The notes beneath the pieces are model-generated. The model did no database searches, was not told where the DNA came from, and was given only the letters and a program-made list of their open reading frames with translations. Position numbers and translations under genes: made by a program. DNA of 64,000 bases, taken from the NCBI GenBank assembly GCA_964016885.1, contig OZ024766.1, positions 8,432,001 to 8,496,000 of the forward strand. Reading direction: 5' to 3'. Positions within the stretch are counted from its first letter, which is position 1, and every line of letters begins with the position of its first letter. Below, piece after piece: positions 1 through 11,422 of the stretch. Source of the DNA: Eledone cirrhosa (lineage: Eukaryota).

Positions 1-44
1 AAACCCTGCAAAATTAATAAGCAAGGTGTGGGCTAGAAATATGA

Positions 45-1310
45 GCAGGTGTGTGAGGGTTTGGAAAAAAGTAATAAGCAGAGGTGGTGGTGGAGGTGGA
101 TAAGAGTGGGGGCGTGGGGGTTTGGAAAAAGGTAAGGTGGTGGTGGTGGGGGATAAGAGTGGGGGCGTGGGGGTTTGGAAAAAGGTAAGGTGGTGGTGGG
201 GGATAAGAGTGGTGGCGTGGGGGTTTGGAAAAAGGTAAGGTGGTGGTGGGGGTGGATAAGAGTGGGGGCGTGGGGGTTTTGAAAAAGGTAACGTGGTGGG
301 GGGGGATAAGAGTGGGGGCGTGGGGGTTTTGAAAAAGGTAAGGTGGTGGTGGGGAGGGATAAGAGTGGGGGCGTAGGGGTTTGGAAAAAGGTAAGGTGGT
401 GGTGGTGGTGGGGGCGTGGGGTTTTAGAAAAAGGTAAGGTGGTGGTGGGGGATAAGAGTGGGGGTGTGGAAAAAGGTAAGGTGGTGGTGGGGTATAATAG
501 TGGGGGTGTGGAAAAAGGTAAGGTGTTGGTGGTGGCGGATAAGAGTGGGGGCGTGGGGGTTTGGAAAAAGGTAAGGTGGTGGTGGGGATAAGAGTGGGGG
601 CGTGGGGGTTTGGAAAAAGGTAAGGTGGTGGTGGGGATAAGAGTGGGGGCGTGGGAGTTTGGAAAAAGGTAAGGTGGTGGTGGGGATAAGAGTGGGGGCG
701 TGGGGGTTTGGAAAAAGGTAAGGTGGTGGTGGGGATAAGAGTGGGGGCGTGGGGGTTTGGAAAAAGGTAAGGTGGTGATGGTGGGGGATAAGAGTGGGGG
801 TGTGGGGGTTTGGAAAAAGGTAAGGTGGTGGTGGGGGATAAGAGTGGTGGCGTGGGGGTTTGGAAAGAGGTAAGGTGGTGGTGGGGGATAAGAGTGGGGG
901 CGTGGGGGTTTGGAAAAAGGTAAGGTGGTGGTGGGGGATAAGAGTGGGGGTGTGGAAAAAGGTAAGGTGGTGGTGGTGGCGGATAAGAGTGGTGGCGTGG
1001 GGGTTTGGAAAAAGGTAAGGTGGGGGGGGGGGGGGTAAGAGTGGGGGCGTGGGAGTTTGGAAAAAGGTAAGGTGGTGGTGATGGTGGATAAGAGTGGGGG
1101 CGTAGGGGTTTGGAAAAAGTTAAGGTGGTGGTGGGGGGGGGATAAGAGTGGGGGCGTGGGGGTTTGGAAAAAGGTAAGGTGGTATGTGTGTGTGTGTGGG
1201 GGGGGGGGTAAGAGCGGGGGCGTGGGGGGGATAAGATAGTGGGGGTGTAGGGATAGGGGGGGGCGTAGGGGTAGGGGTTGTGGGGGGGGGGGGGCGGTGT
1301 GTAGGAGGAG
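45..1310. repeat. G-rich minisatellite, ~50-55 bp unit (GGATAAGAGTGGGGGCGTGGGGGTTTGGAAAAAGGTAAGGTGGTGGTG)
   Basis: About 20 variable-length tandem units. Confidence 0.95.
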
Positions 1311-1332
1311 TTTGGTAAACAAATCTGAAGAA

Positions 1333-1515
1333 TTAATAAGCAGGAGTGTCAGAGGAAGGATTTATTGGAGGCCCGGGGAGGTACCTGTCTTTGATGTTCC
1401 CTTGGGTGCTGAACTCCACCTGGGGGCTGCCGGACCCACTTCCTGTCGAAGTCTTGCGGGAGCTGTTACCATGACAACCGCCGCTGCCGCTGTTGTTGCT
1501 GTTTACGTTGCCTCC

Positions 1516-1550
<35 letters not shown>

Positions 1551-1871
1551 TAACTGCAGAGCCTGCTCCAGTCTGGCCGTGTCCCACCGCAGTGGCAGCG
1601 CCGCACACGTAGCTCTTCGCCTGGCAGTCTAGGACACCCCCACCGCCACCACCGCCACCACCACCACCACTACTACCACCTATGCCGGTGTTGGTGGTGG
1701 TGTTGGTGGTGTTGGTGGTGGTGTTGTTGTTGGTGGTGGTGTTGGTGGTGTTGGTGGTGGTGTTGTTGGTGTTGGTGGTGTTGGTGGTGGTGTTGTTGTT
1801 GGTGGTGGTGTTGGTGCCGTCTTTAGAGGGCTTGAAAGAGTTCTTGAGAAATGACAAACCCCATGGCAGGC
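1333..1871 (-). CDS. TRIM37: TRIM37 probable last coding exon (GLPWGLSFLKNSFK...NPSSDTPAY*), with poly-T/N, G and A tracts
   Basis: CTTCCCCTCCAG acceptor; only the phase-1 frame is open; TAA stop at 1333-1335. Confidence 0.7.
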
Positions 1872-1904
1872 CTGGAGGGGAAGAGAGGGTGAGAGAGGGT
1901 GAGA

Positions 1905-3075
1905 GAGAGAGTTAGAAGAGAGAGCTAGAGAGAGTTAGAAGAGAGAGCTAGAGAGAGTTAGAAGAGAGAGCTAGAGAGAGTTAGAAGAGAGAGCTAGAGA
2001 GAGTTAGAAGAGAGAGCTAGAGAGAGTTAGAAGAGAGAGCTAGAGAGAGTTAGAAGAGAGAGCTAGAGAGAGTTAGAAGAGAGAGATAGATAGAGTTAGA
2101 AGAGAGAGATAGATAGATAGAGTGTTAGAAGAGAGAGAAAGAGAGTTTGAAGAGAGAGATAGAGAGAGTTAGAAGAGAGAGCTAGAGAGAGTTAGAAGAG
2201 AGAGCTAGAGAGAGTTAGAAGAGAGAGCTAGAGAGAGTTAGAAGAGAGAGCTAGAGAGAGTTAGAAGAGAGAGCTAGAGAGAGTTAGAAGAGAGAGATAG
2301 ATAGATAGAGTGTTAGAAGAGAGAGATAGAGAGAGTTAGAAGAGAGAGCTAGAGAGAGTTAGAAGAGAGAGCTAGAGAGAGTTAGAAGAGAGAGCTAGAG
2401 AGAGTTAGAAGAGAGAGCTAGAGAGAGTTAGAAGAGAGAGATAGATAGATAGAGTGTTAGAAGAGAGAGATAGAGAGAGTTAGAAGAGAGAGAGAGAGAG
2501 AGTTAGAAGAGAGAGAGCGAGAGAGTTAGAAGAGAGGGAGCGAGAGAGTTAGAAGAGAGGGAGACAGAGAGTTAGAAGAGAGGGAGACAGAGTTAGAAGA
2601 GAGGGAGACAGAGTTAGAAGAGAGGGAGAGAGAGAGTTAGAAGAGAGGGAGAGAGAGAGTTAGAAGAGAGGGAGAGAGAGAGTTAGAAGAGAGGGAGACA
2701 GAGGGAGTTAGAGAGAGGGAGTTAGAGAGAGGGAGTTAGAGAGAGGGAGAGGGACGGAGACAGAGGGAGTTAGAGAGAGGGAGTTAGAGAGAGGGAGACA
2801 GAGGGAGTTAGAGAGAGGGAGACAGAGGGAGTGAGAGAGGGAGACAGAGAGAGTTAGAGACAGGGAGACAGAGGGAGTTAGAGAGAGGGAGGGAGAGGGA
2901 GGGAGACAGAGGGAGTTAGAGAGAGGGAGGGAGAGGGAGGGAGACAGAGGGAATTAGAGAGAGGGAGACAGAGGGAGTTAGAGAGAGGGAGACAGAGAGA
3001 GTTAGAGAGAGGGAGTTAGAGAGAGGGAGACAGAGAGAGTTAGAGAGAGGGAGACAGAGAGAGTTAGAGAGAGCA
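1905..3075. repeat. Purine-rich 23-bp minisatellite (GAGAGAGCTAGAGAGAGTTAGAA) decaying into GA-rich sequence
   Basis: Visible periodicity. Confidence 0.95.
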
Positions 3076-3094
3076 AGTGTGTGTGAAAGACAAA

Positions 3095-3410
3095 GGTGTT
3101 TGGAACATAACTTAACAAAGGTTCTTACATAGAATTATGATACAAGGTTTTTAGATAAATATAAACACTATAAAACAGTTTTGTATCACAGAACCAGGGG
3201 TGTTTGGAACATAACTTAACAAAGGTTCTTACATAAAATTATGATGGAAGGTTTTTAGATAAATATAAACACTTTAAAACAGTTTTGTATCATAGAACCA
3301 GAAGTATTTGGAACATAACTTAAAGGTTCTTACATAAAATTATGGTGGAAGGTTTTAAATAAATATAAACACTTCAAAAGAGGTAGTTTTGTATCATAGA
3401 ACCAGGGGTT
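3095..3410. repeat. ~104-bp tandem repeat x3
   Basis: TTTGGAACATAACTTAA recurs near 3099, 3203 and 3307. Confidence 0.85.
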
Positions 3411-3478
3411 AGGTATTAAAAGGGTTCACAGTATGGCTGTAATATGAACAACAAATAAGACACTGAACAAAGACATAC

Positions 3479-3549
3479 CTGAATCTTTTCCTTTTACTGA
3501 TGGTGGGGTGGTGGAAGCAGAGGTCCTGTTCTGGGTTGGGTCACCATCA
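3479..3549 (-). CDS. TRIM37: TRIM37 C-terminal exon (SDGDPTQNRTSASTTPPSVKGKDS)
   Basis: 71 nt, TTCCTTGATTTCAG/GTATGT, phase 2 to 1; joins both neighbours in frame. Confidence 0.7.
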
Positions 3550-3663
3550 CTGAAATCAAGGAATAAATCTCATTTTCCACCTTGGCACCAGTTTCCCGAA
3601 TGGACTCAACTTCCCTTCCCAATTTCTTTAATCTATCTATATATAATCTTTATCTATCTATAT

Positions 3664-3990
3664 GGAGGCACATGGCTTAGTGGTTAGGGCATTGGCCTTG
3701 CAATCGAAAGGTTGTGAGTTCAATTCTCAGACCAAGTGATGTGTTGTTTCCTTGAGCAAGACACTTTATTTCACATTGCTCCAGTTTACTCAGCTGTAGA
3801 AATGAGATGATAGGGACTGGGGTCCATATCATTCCACTGCAAAGTGGTCGTGGAGGTGCCACGGCAAAAAAGCACCCAACACTCACTGTAAATGAGGTTG
3901 GTGTTAGGAAGGACATCCAGCTGTAGAAATCAAGCCAGAATCAGTTCGCGTCCCACCCTTGCAAGCAGGGAAAAAGCAGACGTAAATTGA
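3664..3990 (+). mobile_element. tRNA-derived SINE, family 1
   Basis: A box TGGCTTAGTGG, B box GAGTTCAATTC, CORE-like CCTTGAGCAAGACACTT, RTE-type tail; 8 copies in the window. Confidence 0.9.
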
Positions 3991-4074
3991 AAAAAAATAT
4001 ATATAATCTTTATTGAGCCCTCTATGTATTTTAGTCTTCGCATTTACTATTATTACTATATATATATATATATC

Positions 4075-4742
4075 TAAGGCGGGTAAAATTCCTGAGATCC
4101 ATTGACGAGTTCTCTCCAGCGGTCTCTGTCCCTCATCATCACTGCCATGTCTTGCGTCTCCCAGAGACCAGTGTGTCCATGCAGGGGCTCCCACAGAACC
4201 ACTGAGTGCAGTGTCAACTCTGAATGTCGGTGAGCATGTCCAGCTAACCTAGTGAGTCCGTGTAGGGGCTCCCACAGGAGCACTGAGTGCAGTGTTAACT
4301 CTAGGTATTGGTGAGCATGTCCAGCTAACCTAGTGTGTCCATGTAGGGGCTCCCACAGGAGCACCGAGTGCAGTATCAACTCTCAATGTCGGTGAGCATG
4401 TCCAGCTAACCTAGTGTGTCCATGTAGGGGCTCCCACAGGAGCACTGAGTGCAGTGTCAACTCTGAATGTCGGTGAGCATGTCCAGCTAACCTAGTGTGT
4501 CCATGTAGGGGCTCCCACAGGAGCACTGAGTGCAGTATCAACTCTCAATGTCGGTGAGCATGTCCAGCTAGCACAGTGTGTCCATGTAGGGGCTCCCACA
4601 GGAGCACTGAGTGCAGTGTCAACTCTGGATGTCGGTGAGCATGTCCAGCTAACCTCAGTCTCCTCTGTGTCACTTTTGAGCTGACTTTTGGGAGGCTCCC
4701 GCCCAGCTCTGAGTTCTTCCTCCTCAGTGTATACTGATTAAT
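4075..4742 (-). mobile_element. 5'-truncated LINE (family C) with ~6 internal 81-bp repeats
   Basis: Encodes RRLRLAGHAHRH...RDRWRELV; same family as 34716-36017. Confidence 0.85.
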
Positions 4743-4868
4743 GGGTGGTACAAGATACTTCTCCTAGTCTATCATGGCTTATTAGCTCTATACGGGCGTT
4801 CAAATTGATTTAAATAGAAAAAAACAAAACAAAACAAAAAAAAACAGATACATCAAAACAATCAATAC

Positions 4869-5028
4869 CTCACAGTTGGTTTCTGTGCCATCAATGTAGC
4901 AGAGAGTGGTTCCGATGAGGAGGAGGAAGAAGAAGGGCCAATTTGGGGGATATTGGTCTCCATGGTAACTACATCACAGACTAAAACATCAGCGGGGATT
5001 TCGGCCCCTTCATGGACCCTAGATACTT
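4869..5028 (-). CDS. TRIM37: TRIM37 C-terminal exon (EVSRVHEGAEIPADVLV...AQKPTV)
   Basis: 160 nt, TTCCAG/GTATT, phase 1 to 2, open frame. Confidence 0.7.
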
Positions 5029-5271
5029 CTGGAATACAAGAAATAAAAGCATATATATATATATGTATTTGTTTTGTTGCGTATGGTGGGAATCACAAAC
5101 ACAGAAACAACTGTAAAACAGCCAACTGCTGCAGTGATTGTAAGAAAGGGGCCGGGTTTCAAGGAAATCCCTTATCAACCAATGGTGTTGAATTGGCAGA
5201 AGTTTTTTTTTTCGTTGTCCTGTGCACCCCAACCCCCTTTTTTAATTCCTCTCTCTCTCTATATATATATA

Positions 5272-6235
5272 TAACAGGTAGGGAGAAATATGTATGCAGT
5301 AGATGTACAGGGAAATTAGACAGTAGAAGTCGCATTGATAGACACATTTTTCAGATGCAGGAGGGCGCTATAGAAGTGGTGGATAGCTTCCGGTACCTAG
5401 GAGATCAGATTAGCATGGGAGGAGGGTGTTCCGAGGCCATAGTATCTAGAATAAGGACGGGTTGGAAGAAGTTTACGGAGCTGCTTCCTCTGTTGACGAA
5501 GAAAGGTTTCTCCCTGCGTACGAAAGGCCGGTTGTATGATGCCTGTGTGAGGAGCGCGATGCTGCATGGTAGTGAGACATGGGCAGCAACTGCAGAGGAT
5601 ATGCGACGGCTGGAGAGAAATGAGGCAAGTATGCTCCGTTGCATGTGCAGTGTCCATGTGCGTGAACGACCCAGCATAAATGTGTTGAGAGAGAAACTGT
5701 GTCTGAGAAGGATAGAATGTAGTGTACGGGAGAGGAGACTGCGGTGGTATGGACATGTGATGTGTTGAGAGAGAAACTGTGTCTGAGAGAGATAGAATGT
5801 AGTGTACGGGAGAGGAGACTGCGGTGGTATGGACATGTGATGTGTTGAGAGAGAAACTGTGTCTGAGAGGGATAGAATGTAGTGTGCGAGAGAGGAGACT
5901 GAGATGGTATGGACATGTGATGTGTTGAGAGAGAAACTGTGTCTGAGAGAGATAGAATGTAGTGTACGGGAGAGGAGACTGTGGTGGTATGGACATGTGA
6001 TGCGCATGGAGGATGACCGATGGGTGAAGAAGTGCCAGGAAATGCCAGTTGAAGGAAGACGTGGGAGAGGTAGACCACGAAAAACATGGACGGAGGTGGT
6101 GAGAACAGAGCTCAGATCATTGAAGCTCACGGTGGAGATGACGAAGGACCGTGACGGGTGGAGAGATGCTGTGCTGAATAAGACCCGTCCCACCCTTGCA
6201 AGGAGGGAAAAGCGGACGTAAAATGATGATGATGA

Positions 6236-6238
<3 letters not shown>
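5272..6238 (+). mobile_element. 5'-truncated RTE LINE (family B) with 4 internal 80-bp repeats and (TGA)n tail
   Basis: VDSFRYLGD...LHGSETW...RRLRWYGHV...RGRPRKTW; homologous to the C-terminus of the 12415-15534 ORF. Confidence 0.92.
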
Positions 6239-6271
<33 letters not shown>

Positions 6272-6338
6272 TTGGGGAGGGTCATATTGTTGTAATAGTA
6301 TTGCCAGAAATAATAACAACACACATATATATATATAT

Positions 6339-6823
6339 ATATAAAGTTGTAGTTCCTGTCTGTTTGTTCACAAACTCCTATGGTTTTGGAGATAGACCCC
6401 CCCCATAACCATATATATTCTGAAACTACATTGCCCAGGGTACTTGGATAAGTATATTTCATTTTAATCAAAGGGTTCCCCGGGGGCAGAAACCCTCGTT
6501 GAAAATATTTTCCCTTCGATTTATATGAAATTTAAACCATAGATAAATGACAACATATGATGCCTATACACAAAAGTTTTGAATTGATATTTTGAAAAAA
6601 ATTATTTACAAGAAACAAAATAAGAATAAGATTTAATGTAATTTTGATTTGATATATTACAAAAAATAATGTTTTCCAATTTTTCATGCATTACATTTTA
6701 CATTGAGTATTATTGAAATGCAGAGATTTTCTCCATAAATTATATCACTGATTTAAAATCAATCATCATTTTCTTACAAAAAAAATGTGTGAAACGCAGC
6801 AAGGCGCGGATAATTCGGCTAGT
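6339..6823 (+). mobile_element. Non-autonomous Helitron-like element
   Basis: Ends in a GC-rich subterminal motif plus CTAGT; its 5' part recurs at ~63226-63292. Confidence 0.5.
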
Positions 6824-6839
6824 GTATGTATATATATAT

Positions 6840-7174
6840 GGAGGCACATGGCTTAGTGGTTAGAGCATTGGCCTTGCAATTGAAAGGTTGTGAGTTCAAT
6901 TCTCAGACCGGGTGATGTGTTGTTTCCTTGAGCAAGACACTTTATTTCACATTGCTCCAGTTTACTCAGCTGTAGAAATGAGATGATAGGGACTGGGGTC
7001 CCTATCATTCCACTGCAAAGTGGTCGTGGAGGTGCCACGGCAAAAAAGCACCCCAGCACTCACTGTAAATGAGGTTGGTGTTAGGAAGGGCATCCAGCTG
7101 TAGAAATCAAGCCAGAATCAGTTCCCGTCCCACCCTTGCAAGCAGGGAAAAAGCGGGACGTAAAATGATGATGA
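6840..7174 (+). mobile_element. SINE family 1
   Basis: Full head-body-tail copy. Confidence 0.9.
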
Positions 7175-7194
7175 GGAAGCGAGAACAAACTCAC

Positions 7195-7518
7195 CCGGGA
7201 GCGTAGAGTAGCTGAGAGCAGAGGGAGCTTCTGGACTGTTGCTGCTGCTGCTATTGGTGGTGGTGTTGTTGCCGCCAGTGGTGGTGGTGGTGGTGGTGGT
7301 GGTGTTATTAGCGGGTGAGGTTTTGGATGGTCTGACTGCTGGATCTAATAAAGGTGATGATGATGATGATGACGACGGAGGTGGTGGTGGTGGTGTTGAG
7401 ATGACCTGGTCAGTGGTGGAGGAGGTGGCAGTGGTAGGGGTCAAGTTGGCGTTTCTCTCCTGCAGAGACTTCCTCAGGGGCTGGACTATGGCATTGATTG
7501 GGTTCTTGTTCTTCTTCT
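7195..7518 (-). CDS. TRIM37: TRIM37 C-terminal exon (EKKNKNPINAIVQPLRKSLQE...SYSTLP)
   Basis: 324 nt, CTCCCACAG/GTGAGT, phase 1 to 1. Confidence 0.78.
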
Positions 7519-7520
7519 CT

Positions 7521-7858
7521 GTGGGAGAGAGATAATGTGATAGAGAGAGAGAGAGAGGGGGAGAGAAGGAGAGAGAGAGAGGGAGAGAGGAGAGAGAGAG
7601 AGGGGGGAGAGAAGGAGAGAGAGGGGGGGAGGAGAGAGAGAGGGAGAGAGTGATAGTGAGAGAGTGATAGTGAGAGAGGATAGAGGAAGAGATAATGTGA
7701 GAGAGAGAGAGAAAGAGATAGTGAGAGATAATGAGAGAGGGAGAGAGAGATAATGTGATAGAGAGAGAGAGGGGGAGAGAAGGAGAGAGAGAGAGAGGGA
7801 GAGAGTGATAGTGAGAGAGGAAGAGAGTGATAGTGAGAGAGGATAGAGGGAGAGATAA

Positions 7859-7919
<61 letters not shown>

Positions 7920-8201
7920 ATAGTGAGAGATAATGAGAGAGGGAGAGAGAGATAATGTGATAGAGAGGGAGAGAGAGATAGTGAGAGAGGGAGAGATAAT
8001 GTGATAGAGAGAGAGAGAGATAGTGACAGAGAAAGTGAGATAGTGAGGGAGAGATAGAGTGAGGGAGAGATAGAGTGAGTGAGAGAGAGATAGAGTGAGT
8101 GAGAGAGAGATAGAGTGAGTGAGTGAGAGATAGAGTGAGTGAGTGAGAGAGAGATAGAGATAATGTGATAGTGAGAGAGATAATGTGGGACATAGAAAAG
8201 G

Positions 8202-8261
<60 letters not shown>

Positions 8262-8900
8262 ATCCCATGGTTAATAGCTGTGAATAACAAACAACATACA
8301 CACATACAAACTACAAGACACAAACACTTAAATGAAAACCACCTACCCAACTCTATCACGTGCTTTACATTACACCTTACATAACAAATACCTACATTAT
8401 CACCATATGTCGCTCTAACAAATTGCCCATTATCTTAAACATTTATAACAATTATAAAAAGACACATACAGATATATACACACACACAGACAGACAGACA
8501 AAGAGACACATACATACATCCATACACACAGACAGACAAAGAGACACATACATACATACACACAGACAAAGACACAGACAGACATACATACACACACACA
8601 AAGACACAGACATACATACATACACACACAAAGAGACACATACACACATACAGACATACATACACACACACAGACAGACAAAGAGACACATACATACACA
8701 CACAGACAAAGAGACACATACATACGCACACATACATACACACACAGACAAAGAGGCACACACAGACAGACATACACACACAAAGACACACAGACATACA
8801 TACACACATACATACATACATACACAGAGACACACAGACAGACATAGATACACACACACACACAGATACTTACAAAGACACATACACACACACAGACAGC
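7521..8900. repeat. Compound (GA)n, (TA)n and (CA/CAGA/CATA)n microsatellites
   Basis: Direct observation. Confidence 0.95.
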
Positions 8901-8905
8901 CTTAC

Positions 8906-9259
8906 CAAAATGTCGTTCCGACCTGCTGGCCCTGGAAGGCAGCAACACAGGAGCGTCCCGTTCACCGATGCTCAGCCGGCCGGTGGTTATTTCAGAGAAC
9001 CTCGTCTGTATGTGCTCCAGCATCTCTTCCGTCGACGACAACAGCAGCAGGCTCTTCTTGGAACCTTTCTTACTCCCGCTGCGACCCTTAGACAGGCTCT
9101 CTACGACGGCGCCGCCAGCACCACCGGCAGTAGCAGAAACGCCAGCAGCGGCAGAGGAGGAGGAGGACGATGGTGCGGGGACAGCAGCCGGAGGTGGTGC
9201 TTGTGTCGGAGCCTGGGACTGAAACGCTGCTTGGACTTCATCCATCCATACGGAGGAAT
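8906..9259 (-). CDS. TRIM37: TRIM37 C-terminal exon (DSSVWMDEVQAAFQ...RSERHF)
   Basis: 354 nt GC-rich open frame, TTCCAG/GTAAG, phase 1 to 1. Confidence 0.78.
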
Positions 9260-9403
9260 CTGGAATTTGAGATTTGTTTGAGAGCAGAAAAAAAACGATC
9301 AACAAATTAAATATACATTATAAAATAAAGTACCAGTAGTGCACTGGGTAATTGCTGGCCTTGTGCCTAAAGTAGAAACAATTATATGTGTGTGTGTGTG
9401 TAT

Positions 9404-9510
9404 GGAGGCACATGGCTTAGTGGTTAAAGCACTGGGCTTGCAATCAAAAGGTTGTGTGAGTTCAATTCTCAGACCAGGTGATGTGTTGTTTCCTTGAGCA
9501 AGACACTTTA
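9404..9510 (+). mobile_element. SINE family 1 head, truncated by the 72-bp array
   Basis: A/B boxes; breaks at GACACTTTA. Confidence 0.85.
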
Positions 9511-10783
9511 TTGTGAAAATACAATAGTATATATAGAGTAATGTAGATGTTATGTGAGATATTATGTGAGGTAAAGCCTTTACTGTGAAAATACAATAGT
9601 ATATATAGAGTAATGTAGATGTTATGTGAGATATTATGTGAGGTAAAGCCTTTACTGTGACAATACAATAGTATATATAGAGTAATGTAAATGTTATGAG
9701 ATATTATGTGAGGTAAAGCCTTTACTGTGACAATACAATAGTATATATAGAGTAATGTAAATGTTATGTGAGATATTATGTGAGGTAAAGCCTTTACTGT
9801 GAAAATACAATAGTATATATAGAATAATGTAAATGTTATGTGAGATATTATGTGAGGTAAAGCCTTTACTGTGAAAATACAATAGTATATATAGAGTAAT
9901 GTAAATGTTATGTGAGATATTATGTGAGGTAAAGCCTTTACTGTGACAATACAATAGTATATATAGAGTAATGTAAATGTTATGTGAGATATTATGTGAA
10001 GTAAAGCCTTTACTGTGAAAATACAATAGTATATATAGAGTAATGTAAATGTTATGTGAGATATTATGTGAGGTAAAGCCTTTACTGTGAAAATACAATA
10101 GTATATATAGAGTAATGTAAATGTTATGTGAGATATTATGTGAGATAAAGCCTTTACTGTGACAATACAATAGTATATATAGAGTAATGTAAATGTTATG
10201 TGAGGTATTATGTGAGGTAAAGCCTTTACTGTGAAAATACAATAGTATATATAGAGTAATGTAAATGTTATGTGAGATATTATGTGAGGTAAAGTCTTTA
10301 CTGTGAAAATACAATAGTATATGTAGAGTAATATAAATGTTATGTGAGATATTATGTGAGGTAAAGCCTTTACTGTGAAAATACAATAGTATATATAGAG
10401 TAATGTAAATGTTATGTGAGATATTATGTGAGGTAAAGCCTTTACTGTGACAATACAATAGTATATATAGAGTAATGTAAATGTTATGTGGGATATTATG
10501 TGAGGTAAAGCCTTTACTGTGACAATACAATAGTATATATAGAGTAATGTAAATGTTATGTGAGATATTATGTGAGGTAAAGCCTTTACTGTGACAATAC
10601 AATAGTATGTATAGAGTAATGTAAATGTTATGTGAGATATTATGTGAGGTAAAGCCTTTACTGTGAAAATACAATAGTATATATAGAGTAATGTAAATGT
10701 TATGTGAGATATTATGTGAGGTAAAGCCTTTACTGTGAAAATACAATAGTATATATAGAGTAATGTAAATGCTAAAGGGTTAA
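9511..10783. repeat. 72-bp minisatellite (~17 copies) ending in a MITE terminus GCTAAAGGGTTAA
   Basis: Unit and terminus match 31779-31906. Confidence 0.93.
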
Positions 10784-10843
10784 ACCAGACCAATCGAAAC
10801 CAGCTGAAACCAGTCAAGCCCAGCATCAAAAGTAAACCATTAC

Positions 10844-10956
10844 CTTTAGTCTTGTTAGTAGATGTGTTGGAGGATAACTGTGGCCAGTTGGTCTCATCAG
10901 GTACGACAGGGTGACTGAGTAACTGGAACAACAGGGTCGTGTCATCTTGTTCACCT
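10844..10956 (-). CDS. TRIM37: TRIM37 exon (GEQDDTTLLFQLLSHPVVPDETNWPQLSSNTSTNKTK)
   Basis: 113 nt, CTTTCTCTAG/GTAAT, phase 2 to 1, open frame. Confidence 0.75.
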
Positions 10957-11044
10957 CTAGAGAAAGAGGGAGTGAAAGTGTGTGTGTGACAATATATATA
11001 TATACGATATTAATAAATGGAAACTATATTTATAAAACCATATT

Positions 11045-11109
11045 TATTTCATTATACATATTTCAGGGATACCACATTAAATTATGGTATGCCTTCATCA
11101 GACAAAATA
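11045..11109 (-). ncRNA. Minimal type-I hammerhead ribozyme motif
   Basis: Reverse complement of 11195-11259. Confidence 0.7.
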
Positions 11110-11194
11110 CAATATATAACAGTTTTACAAATAGGTTTGACGTACCCTTTAAAATACCTATTTGTAAAACTATTTGTAAAACTGTTATATATTG

Positions 11195-11259
11195 TATTTT
11201 GTCTGATGAAGGCATACCATAATTTAATGTGGTATCCCTGAAATATGTATAATGAAATA
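11195..11259 (+). ncRNA. Minimal type-I hammerhead ribozyme motif
   Basis: Stem I TATTTTGT/ATGAAATA; core CTGATGA; stem II AGGCATACCAT/GTGGTATCCCT; GAAA; self-complementary TATGTA; TA cleavage site. Confidence 0.7.
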
Positions 11260-11389
11260 AATATGGTTTTATAAATATAGTTTCCATTTATTAATATCGT
11301 ATATCTACTCCAAAACTTGTTGAGTGCTTTATATCAGTTATAAAAATATTTACTTGTTGTATCCCAACAACTTTAAATAGAACTTTTGC

Positions 11390-11422
<33 letters not shown>

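Larger units (their letters stand above)
11001..11388. mobile_element. Foldback element (134-bp arms, 11001-11134 and 11170-11303, plus one-sided extension); Penelope-like remnant
   Basis: Arms are reverse complements and carry hammerhead motifs; same family at 20101-21092. Confidence 0.75.

Noticed and set aside
1905-3075. Telomere-like repeat
   Set aside because: Units contain GTTAGA, not TTAGGG arrays; this is an intronic GA-rich minisatellite
3550-3632. Longer version of the 3479 exon (LKKLGREVESIRE...) implying a frameshift or early stop
   Set aside because: That acceptor has no pyrimidine tract; the acceptor at 3550 restores the frame without an indel
3664-3735. tRNA genes at the SINE heads
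   Set aside because: A/B boxes are present but there is no complete cloverleaf, and each runs into the SINE body
9462-10931. 489-aa hydrophobic repeat ORF, and the 514-aa ORF at 25018-26562
   Set aside because: Minisatellite translations; only the 10844-10956 part is a plausible exon
11017-11287. Mirror-image 74-aa ORFs (METIFIKPYLFHY...) on both strands
   Set aside because: A by-product of the palindrome, with no recognisable protein features
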